Part shown: positions 56,501 through 64,000 of the stretch, one piece after another
How positions within the stretch are numbered: position 1 is the first letter of the stretch
Layout of the letters: each line of letters starts with the position of its first letter
DNA from: Paramoeba atlantica
Taxonomy: Eukaryota; Protista; Discosea
NCBI GenBank assembly: GCA_977017575.1
Contig: CDRNVI010000005.1
Location: forward strand, 62,001-126,000
Direction of reading: 5' to 3'
DNA: 64,000 nt
Notes under the pieces: generated by a model
The model's database searches: none
The model's input: the letters and a program-made list of their open reading frames with translations, nothing else
Told to the model about the DNA's origin: nothing
Position numbers and translations under genes: made by a program

Positions 56501-57587
56501 CAGGGTTGTCCCTCGGGTCGCCCCCTGTCTGTGTAGGTTCGGAGATAGGTGGGGGAGAAGAGCAGCGGAAAGCGCAGTTTTCGGCATGGGTGACCTGTTT
56601 GCTTAGGTTGTAGTGCCTGTTGCAATCCCTGCATCGGAAACGTCCCTCCTCGTTCCACCAGGTATCAGGCACCTCGTCCCCGTGTCTGTGGGATGCGTGG
56701 TTATAAAAGGATTGCCATTGGCCCCCGTGAGGCACAGTTTGCCATGCACATCCCTGAGAAGGACATTTCCGCGTGTTTCCATTGACTGTAGGTGGCTTTT
56801 CTGGAGTGGTATTGGGGGGTTGATTGAGCCTTTCGGTATCTGAGGAATCGCGTGGCCCTGGTTTCGACACCTGCACGTGACGTTTACGCTTACCCGTGGG
56901 GGTGTTAGTGTTCTGTTCCTTTTGGGACAATTTGATAGACGGGCTGTCCATGACTCCGGTGGCATGAGTGCGTGGCCCGGGTGAATTCGCGCTGGACTCT
57001 ATATTGTCGCGTTCCTCGCTGTCGGCCCCGGACACTGCATCCAGCTGAGAAAGATTGATGCCCTTCGGGCGTTTCTTCTTTTTACGGCCTTTACTGCTAC
57101 CCTTTACTGAGAAGCGAAGATCAGGAGGCGTGAGATCAGGAAAAACTAGCCTGTTATCAGCATAGTCATATTCGGCACAGCCTACCCTGCGGTTATGGCG
57201 CTCGTACTTCTCCTTCACAGCCTTGCTAGAGGACTTTAATTGGCTGAGTGAAGAGGAATTGGCTCCTTCGAATTGGAACTCGAGGCTTTCCGTCGGGCGG
57301 ACACTGGAGAACAGTTCTTCTTCGGTGGTAGCATTCTGGTGTCCTGTGTCTGGCGTTTCGCCTTCTGTAGAGTTCTTAATGTCGCAGGCAATCTTGTCAG
57401 CGCGCTCCAATAATTCAGATGAGGGATCAGGTGGAAGTGGCGTGGTATAAAGACTCTCCTCGAATGTACTCACCCCTTCGACTAGATCTTTATTGGCTTC
57501 AAATTGATCCCAAGAGCCAAGTTTGTGCGCGCTAACTTCGTGCTGGAAGTCGGTACCCTGCTTAGCTTTGGACCGGGTTGTCACCAT
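53598..57587 (-). CDS. Intact full-length family A retrotransposon protein A7 (1329 aa): LsmAD-like, basic patch, 2 Zn fingers, RT, CCHC, RLE
   Basis: Uninterrupted ORF from MVTTRSKAK with all RT and RLE motifs. Confidence 0.95.
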   Translation of the reverse strand: MVTTRSKAKQGTDFQHEVSAHKLGSWDQFEANKDLVEGVSTFEESLYTTPLPPDPSSELLERADKIACDIKNSTEGETPDTGHQNATTEEELFSSVRPTESLEFQFEGANSSSLSQLKSSSKAVKEKYERHNRRVGCAEYDYADNRLVFPDLTPPDLRFSVKGSSKGRKKKKRPKGINLSQLDAVSGADSEERDNIESSANSPGPRTHATGVMDSPSIKLSQKEQNTNTPTGKRKRHVQVSKPGPRDSSDTERLNQPPNTTPEKPPTVNGNTRKCPSQGCAWQTVPHGGQWQSFYNHASHRHGDEVPDTWWNEEGRFRCRDCNRHYNLSKQVTHAENCAFRCSSPPPISEPTQTGGDPRDNPAFFAAQAVAEPLPSLASICSTPLNTCKDIPNSCRQGWAKVFCECLSSAVRDNTVEAWTLLAMLPKCVLPAPHRGGSRAKLSYASHVRKCLARWSRKEFLPLWNETIASLQHKKRVAQAQSPEDEITKSAMRAERLVRDSELSRAMAALTSEPVAPYDDDTYTKLQAKHPSRLATSVKPLSSSTEMGPKPLRATEEDVTQALATFHRGSSGGAFGLRPEHVQVALEYHHDGRTDPLGTLTDFTNHMLAGQVPLEVQCYFAGGRLCALKKGERDVRPIAAGETLRRLVSKVACLSAKTTARKLFKGHQYGVATPAGSERVIHRCRQTFDSHVDDNDFILCKIDLKNAFNHVSRDWIIALTREHFPALSHYVDWCYSSDSLLTFGTRTIPSSEGVQQGDPLGPLLFSLVLREVAAEIHAVAPMLDLNLWYLDDGVLAGSSADVRHAFDVLEIKGPQRGLHINAAKCELALHPSSSPRASVFPDIPGPNKNLEGNFNILGSPVGSTEYCHKFHLDNAFELAQDSLTAITLLEDPQIALSLIRHCTGFCKMVYSLRTTPTSALQDICRRLDDTVQSTLENFFHPLGDDARRQTQRDKRFGGLGLRSAEEHSSSAYVASVAFASRKDGWAPTEAKGFEEAVSDVNNRAGLNLVDGENGTIPKSMVVSDRSLFSTIEASESRNEAVVPRQRDLSHSISSQEYNNALNTADPRTRARWISETGEGASEWAFVLPSKKNGHAYTPTEFRMLVRWWLGENIYPGTRPCPMDKCTQPLGPEGDHAMSCKSGHGIISRHNALATQFAAECSKAGLAPKREVSLGNKGPGGTLTRPADVFIDSHLGRSLVLDFAVTHVQQQKYTDTVRDANWVTAGSFAEQYATVNKSMQRAEATAAHFKFGAMVVESYGSWCPSAMSVLREVAVARAAKSGSDISKGAALHQILTALNVTLMRSQARMLVLRLPATGPDLALLGYGKEE

Positions 57588-57620
57588 AGGGCGTAAGGAT
57601 GATATAAAGGGAAAAGAAAT

Positions 57621-57656
57621 CAACAAGGTACAGAAACTGTATCTTTATCGTTAAAG
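57621..57656 (-). other. Spliced leader (nt 4-39) at the 5' end of A7
   Basis: Exact match, preceded by an A-tract. Confidence 0.87.
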
Positions 57657-57919
57657 GTTTTTTTTTTATTTTTTTATTTTTACGAGTTGAAAACAAGCAA
57701 TCAAATTAGCAATTTGAAAATTTAACTTTTTTTTTTTTTACTAAAAACTAGCAAACAATTCTACCCGAAATCCACCCCTAATCAAATCACTCCCGCACCA
57801 AAACTAAGACCCGTGACGGCACGTCGGTTAGTGACTTGGTACCCCCCCTTGCCCCCCCCCCTTTCGCAGAGAAACACCCTCCACCCCCCTGCGGCTGTTA
57901 AATGATTGGGGGGACCGAA

Positions 57920-60900
57920 TTACTCATCGTTCCCATATCCAAGGAGGGCCGTGTCAGGGACCGCCGCGGGAAGTCGGAGTACCAGCATCCGATCCTGTGT
58001 CCGCATCAGAGTGATGTTAAGTGAGGTCACCAATTGGTGTAAGGCTTCCCCGTTCGAAAGGGTACCCCCGGAGTATGCCGCACGAGAGACGGAAACCTCC
58101 TTGAGGATCGCAAAGGCGCTTGGACTCCACGCTCCATAAGATTCCACGACCATCGCTCCAAATCGATGGCGTGCAAACTCTGCTTCCTCTCTTTGCTTCT
58201 TTTTGTTTTCGGTGGCGTATCGTTCCGCAAAAGACCCCGCCGTCACCCAGTTAGCATCACGGACTAAGTCCGTATACTTTGGTTGCTGAACATGAGTGAC
58301 GGCGAAGTCTAATACAAGAGACTGGCCTAGCCCGATTGTAGGGATGAACACGTCTCCGGGCCTGGTGAGGGCGCCCCCAGGACCCTTGTTGCCCAGACTC
58401 ACTTCTCTCCGCGGGGTGAAACCGGCCTTTTTACATTCAGAAGTAAACTGTGCCGCTAGTGCGTTGTGGCGTCCGATTATACCATGCCCGCTTTTGCACC
58501 CCAGAGCGTGGTCACCCTCGGGATCTAGCGGTAGCGTGCATTTTTCCATAGGACAAGGCCGGGACGCTGGATAGATTGGGTCCCCTAGCCACCAGCGTGT
58601 GAGGGTGCGAAACTCCGTCGGTGTGAAAGCCAGACCGGTTTTCTTGGAGGGGATCACGAAAGCCCATGCTGAGGCTCCTTCTCCTGTTTCTGATATCCAC
58701 CTGGCCCGTGTGCGAAGGTCAGCTTTCACAAATGCCTCGTTAAATTCCTGGTTGGCGATGGCGTGGCTAAGGTCGCGTTGTCGGGGAATCACCAGTTCTG
58801 TTCCGGATTCCTGCGCGTCGGTATACGGAGAATCAGTCGCCAAAGCCATACTTTTCGGAATTTTGCCGCCTTGTTGGACCACCGTCTTTCCGGCACGCCT
58901 GTTCACCTCCCGCACGGCATGGTCAAAGCCCTCAGCGTCCGCTGGGTACCAACGGTCTTTGTCCGTTGAGAAAGCTACGGAGGCAACGTAAGCCGCACTC
59001 GAATGTTCCCCCGCCGACCGAAGGCCCAACCCCCCGTACCGCTTTTCGCGTTGCGCCTGGCGTCGCGCCCTATCACTCAAAGGACGGAAGAAGTGTTCAA
59101 TAGTGCGCTGGACGGCATCATCTAAGCGTTGGCAGATATCTTGAAGTTCCGTTGTCGGGGTAGTCCTGAGCGAGTAAACCATTTTACAGAAACCAGTACA
59201 GTGGCGTATGAGGGAAAGGGCCACCTGGGGATCTTCAAGTGTAGCTATGGCCTCGAGAGATTCCTCTGCCATGTCGATTGTGTTCTTGAGAAAGAATTCG
59301 CGGCAAAATTCTGTCGAACCAATTGGACTCCCCAAAATGTGAAAATTTCCTGCCGAATTCGTGTTCAGACCGGGGATGTCAGGGAAAAGTGAGCAACGAT
59401 GGGAGGAAGCTGGGTGTGTTGCGATCTCGCACTTGGCCACGTTGATATGCAATCCCCATTTCGGGCCGGACATCGCGATCACGTCCAGTGCGTGCCGAAC
59501 GTCGCAGGATGGACCGGCGAGTATCCCGTCGTCTAAGTACCACAGGTTTAAAGCGAGTTTCGGAGCGGCAGTGTGGATTTGTAGGGAAACTTCTTTCATC
59601 ACAAGCGAAAAGAGCAGAGGGCCCAGGGGGTCGCCTTGTTGCACCCCTTCAGATGATTCGATAAAGCGTGAGCCAAAGGTCAGAATGCTTTGAGTGTTGT
59701 AACACCACTCCACGTACGCACCCAGCTCAGGGAAATGCTGGCGTGTTAGGGCCACAAAGAAATCCCGTGAGACGTTATTGAAAGCGTTTTTGAGGTCGAC
59801 TTTGCATAGCAGGAAGTCGTCATCCTCAATATGTTCGGCGAAGGTCTTCCGACAGAGGTGGATGATGCGCTCGGCTCCAGCAGGTGTGGCTACGCCGTAC
59901 TGGTGCTCTCTGAAGAGTTTTCGGGCCTTGAATTTTGCGGAGAGGCAGGCAACTTTGCTTGCCAAGCGGCGAAGGGTTTCTCCGGCAGCAATTGGACGAA
60001 CATCGTGTTCACCCTTTTTCAGGGCGCATAACCGACCACCCGCAAAATAATGTTTGACCTCCAACGGTGCTTTTCCTGCGAGCAAGTGATTGGTAAACTT
60101 CGTAAGCGTGCCCAGAGGATCGGTGTACGCGTCGTGATGGTACTGCATCGCGGCCTGAACGTGCTCCGGCCGCATACCGAAGGCCCCTCCCGAGGACCCT
60201 CGGTGGAAAGTCGCTAGGGCCTCGGCTACTTCGTCTTCCGTTGCTTCAAGCGGTTTTGCTTCCGGCGCTGAAGGGCTTGCCACGTTGAAAGTGCTGTCAA
60301 GTCTCTGAGGATGCTTTGCCTGGAGCTTCGAGTAGGTGGCGTCGTCGTCAGGGGCAAGTGGTTCCGAAGTTAATGCTGTCATGGCGCGGGAGAGCTCCGC
60401 GTCGCGGACAAGCCGTTCTGCCCGTAAAGCCGCTTTCTTTACTTCTTCGTCTATGGTAAGCGCTTGTGGTACATTTTTCTTTTTGCGTGATACACTCGAG
60501 ACAGCTTCTTTCCAAAGCGCCAGGAAATCTTTGTTGGACCATCTCGCGAGGCACTTCTTTACATGGGAGGCGTAAGAGGCTTTTGCGCGGTTACCTCCGC
60601 GATGAGGGGCGGGTAGGACGCATTTGGGCAGCATGGCGAGGAGTGTCCATGCCTCGAGCGTGTTCTCTCTCGCTGCTGTGGATAAGCAACAGCAGAGTGC
60701 TTTAGCCCATTCTTGTCGGCAACTGTTGGGGATGTCCTTGCAAGTGTTAATAAGTAGCGCACTGATAGAGGATAAACTCGGAAGGGGTGTGTCGGAGACT
60801 TTCACGTTTTCGCTTACTACGCTTTGATGAGAGGGTGTGGAAGGAGAGTTAAGGGAAGGCAGAGCATTCGAGTCCACATTGGGGCTTAGAACAGGATCGG

Positions 60901-61963
60901 CACTGCTCGTCTAGGGCGACGGACGGCTTTGAGGAGAGGAATGGCGGAACATGCAGATCTTGTCGTGGGTTTCCCGTTTGCCTTGATCATAATGTTTATT
61001 GCAATCATGACACCTAAAACGTCCTTCGTCTTTCCACCACTCGTCTGGGACCTCATCACCGTGTCTGTTTGCTACGTGGTTGTGGAATGCCTGCCATTGG
61101 CCCCCGTGGGGCCCTGTTTTCCAAGCACATCCCTCGAAGGGACATTTTCGCGTATTTTCATGCGTGGTGTGTGTTTTTTCTATCGCACAGTTTTGGGTTG
61201 GGGTCGGTTCGGGGGCATTGTTCATTGTTTCAGCTTTGGGGGCGTCAGGGGAGGTAGTTTTCGACACCTGCTGGGGACGTTTACGTTTGCCTACAGCCGT
61301 TTTCGGGGTTAACTTCTTCAGGGGTGATTCAGCCGGAGAGCTGTGAACACTTGTTGACGCATCTGTGGAGTCACGGTCATCACTGTCGCCCCCAGACTCG
61401 GTGCATAACTGGGTATGTAGCTGGGAAAGTGAGATCCCTTTAGGGCGCTTTTTCTTTTTCCTTACTTTGGTTCCACCGCTCAACGAAAAGTCGAGGTCTT
61501 GAGGCGTCAGGTCGGGGAAAATTAATTTGTCGTCGTCATAATTGTATTCGGTACGAGCGATCCCCCGGTTGTGGCGCTCGCATTTCTCCTTCACAGCCTT
61601 GTTTGTAGATTTCGATTGGCTGAGTGAAGAAGGAGCGGCCCCTTCGAACTGGAAAACGGAATTCTCGGTGGGACGGACGCTGGAAAATAATTCTTCTTCC
61701 GAGCTCGTTTGCTGACGCCCTGTGTCTGGTGTCACGCCTTCGATGGAGTTCGTAATGCTGAGGGCAATGTCTTCGGCCCGTTGTTCTAATTCTGATGAAG
61801 GATCCGGCGGAAGTGGTGTCGTGTACAGCTCTTCCTTGTATGTGCTAGCGCCTTTAACCAGGTCTTTGTTTGCCTGAAACTGGTCCCATGAACCGAGCTT
61901 GTGCGCGCCCGCTTCGCGATCAAAGTTGGATTCCTGTTTTGCTTTAGAGCGAGTTAGAACCAT
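57920..61963 (-). mobile_element. Full-length family A element A8 with one in-frame TAG at 60911-60913
   Basis: ORFs 60911-61963 and 57920-60877 share a frame (33-nt gap with no other stop); all motifs present. Confidence 0.92.
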
Positions 61964-61992
61964 GGAACGTGAGAAAGATTAAGAAAATAAAT

Positions 61993-62031
61993 CAACAAGG
62001 TACAGAAACTGTATCTTTATCGTTAAAGATT
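61993..62031 (-). other. Complete 39-nt SL at the 5' end of A8
   Basis: Exact match; the first AA is ambiguous with the preceding A-tract. Confidence 0.87.
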
Positions 62032-62054
62032 TTTTTTTTTTTTATTTTTATTTT

Positions 62055-62671
62055 TAACTTTTCCACAATTTCCACACTTACGGCCCTTCACTTTCCCTTA
62101 CTCCCCATACTTTCCACACCTACTCTTCTTAGCCCTCTCGTACTTCCCTTCCCTCACTCCCTACCCCACTCACCGATCCGCATGCACCCAGGCCCGTATG
62201 GTCCTGCACCTCCGCTCCCACCCCGTTAGCAGTATAAGATACTTTGAGTTGCCGTACGAGGGTGGGAGACGTGGAGGCCACGAAACACAAAGACGTCGTC
62301 ACGCCGAGGGAGAAGAGCGCGAAGAGAGACACGGGGCGACTGACGCAGGGGCGAGAGGAGGCGAAGCACGGGCCCATCTGCCAGGAACTCTGCCCCCACC
62401 CCGTGAGCAAGTATTTGTATACTTCTGGCTGCTGACACGGGGGTGGGGGACGCGAGAGAGAAAGACAACAGGGGGGCAAGCGCACTGCGGAGGGAGGGTG
62501 AGGTGGGGGGATGCGGCGCAGGGGGGTGATGGGACGAGACGGGGAGGGGGGATGCCGACGAAAAGGAGTGTATTTGAGGGGGGTGCCCTCCCATGGTCTG
62601 GAAGATGGTGTATGGAAGAAAAGGGGAAATAATTCAACAAGGTACAGAAACTGTATCTTTATCGTTAAAGA
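62055..62671 (-). mobile_element. Element S copy (SL at 62635-62671)
   Basis: Homologous to 40385-41000 with several substitutions. Confidence 0.75.
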
Positions 62672-62788
62672 AAAGTAAGTTTTTTTTTTTTTTTTTTGTC
62701 TTTGTTTTTTTTTCTTTTTTTCTTGTCTTTGTTTTTTTTCTTTTTTTCTTGTCTTTGTTTTTTTTTTTGTATTTGGTGATCCTGTCCC

Positions 62789-64000
62789 TTAGGGCTTTCT
62801 CTGAATATGACTGCCTACCTTATTAATGTCTCTCTCCATCTTACCTTCGTATCTCTCGACCTTCTCCATCTCAATCTCCTTCCCGCGACTGACAGCATCC
62901 GCCGGGTTCTCATCCGTGGATATATACGCTGCCTTGACACAAATACCTTTCTCCTCTGTCAGTCGCAGGACTTCGCGCAATTCCATTGAAACCCCCTCTG
63001 ACTTGGAGATCCTCCTGTTCAGTGCAGCCTGACAGGAGGTGTTGTCAACAAAAACATCCAAGCAGGTTCCACGGGGGCAATGCGCGGAAAACTTCTCGAG
63101 GGCTAAGCGGACTGCTGCAGCTTCCGCACGATTCACCTCATACGAGGAGGACTCAGGCCACGCCTCTCCCGTAATCAAAACCTCTCCGCTGTCTAAATAC
63201 ATAATCGCTCCCCACCCTTTCACCGAGGCATCGGTGTAGAGACGATGCTTGTGTGGAACAACATCGGGATGGGGAGGTGGAGACCGTGGAACATTCTCCA
63301 ACAACTCGTTTCTCCACTCTGCTAGCATGGAGCGAGTGACAACAGGGAGTGCGACCGGACGGTCACATAACTTCGGGCAACGGTTCAACAAGTTGATACG
63401 CCGTTGCGCCACCTTCAAAGCGAAATAAAACCGCGGCATATTGAGTCGGAGAACTGCGGAGCCATAAATGAGGCGCCCCACCACCGCCTCTAGGTCAACA
63501 AAGGAAATGTTGAAGAAAGAGTCGGCTCGCAGTTTCCTGATCACTCGCGGCCCCAGGCAGACCGTATGCGCGTTATGGTCGAACGCCACCCCATTGAACA
63601 CGTACTGTGCTACAGGGGGCTGACCCCGATCTTTGAAAAGACCGTTCGCCTTGTCGCAACGCTCGTCAATGAACTGAGCGTACGTGGTGGCCTCGGAGTC
63701 GGTTCCTGCAAACCGAACTCCGTCAACATAAACGTCGATAGCGCCTCGGTGAAACGAGTAGCGCTGAGAACAAATCGACGCCTCGCCAGCAATCGCGGCG
63801 GTAACCGTGTGCATAACCTCCGGTGCACACCTATGGCCCATCGGGAGGACGTTCATCTCATACACGTCTCCACTGGTCGTTCTAAGGCGGAATTTGGGCC
63901 GCGCCCTCTTCGGGATACCAATCTGGTAAAACCCGCATGTGAAGTCCCGCTTCACAGCCATCGGCTCGTGCGCCTTATGAAGATACTTGGAGGGATGATA
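62789..64000 (-). CDS. DIRS/TATE-like RT-RNase H ORF D2, continuing beyond the window end
   Basis: YHPSKYLHKAHEPMAVKRDF.. frame is open to the window edge; VYVDG; LYTDAS.GWG; followed by an A-rich tail. Confidence 0.8.
   Translation of the reverse strand, partial: YHPSKYLHKAHEPMAVKRDFTCGFYQIGIPKRARPKFRLRTTSGDVYEMNVLPMGHRCAPEVMHTVTAAIAGEASICSQRYSFHRGAIDVYVDGVRFAGTDSEATTYAQFIDERCDKANGLFKDRGQPPVAQYVFNGVAFDHNAHTVCLGPRVIRKLRADSFFNISFVDLEAVVGRLIYGSAVLRLNMPRFYFALKVAQRRINLLNRCPKLCDRPVALPVVTRSMLAEWRNELLENVPRSPPPHPDVVPHKHRLYTDASVKGWGAIMYLDSGEVLITGEAWPESSSYEVNRAEAAAVRLALEKFSAHCPRGTCLDVFVDNTSCQAALNRRISKSEGVSMELREVLRLTEEKGICVKAAYISTDENPADAVSRGKEIEMEKVERYEGKMERDINKVGSHIQRKP

Noticed and set aside
6594-60913. 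Stop-codon reassignment (Blastocrithidia-like code)
   Set aside because: The internal stops are of all three types, rare, and stand in for different residues; long ORFs end normally at TAA, TAG or TGA.
5515-62671. SL copies as SL RNA genes or a CRISPR-like array
   Set aside because: None is followed by a GT intron; spacing is irregular and kb-scale; there are no cas genes.
1-64000. Telomeric HeT-A/TART-like end-extension array
   Set aside because: There are no telomeric hexamers, orientation is mixed, and there is clear internal nesting with TSDs; it is not excluded for the wider locus.

Overview
A eukaryotic, almost entirely mobile-element window from an organism with a kinetoplastid-type spliced leader. 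The inferred 39-nt SL is AATCTTTAACGATAAAGATACAGTTTCTGTACCTTGTTG, with 10 near-complete copies, none followed by a GT intron. No ordinary host genes are present. The window is a poly(A)-jointed, deeply nested cluster of: (1) two families of CRE/SLACS-clade non-LTR retrotransposons (zinc fingers + RT + restriction-like endonuclease). Family A carries an Ataxin-2/Pbp1 LsmAD-like domain at its N-terminus, and most copies carry a ~240-nt covarying structured RNA in the 3'UTR. Family B carries a possible Tudor-like barrel. (2) Two DIRS/TATE-like RT-RNase H fragments with YVDG in place of YxDD. (3) A Tc1/mariner (DD35E) DNA transposon. (4) Two Merlin-like non-autonomous TIR elements (GG termini, 8-bp TSD) carrying an SL-headed retroelement 5' end. 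(5) A ~500-bp SINE-like element with three tandem hairpins, 12-13-bp TSDs and microsatellite tails. (6) An SL-headed, polyadenylated non-coding element. (7) A ~410-450-bp TSD-less insertion family with covarying asymmetric subterminal inverted repeats, whose precise removal restores host reading frames. Domain and family assignments are from motif recognition by eye, not from database searches.
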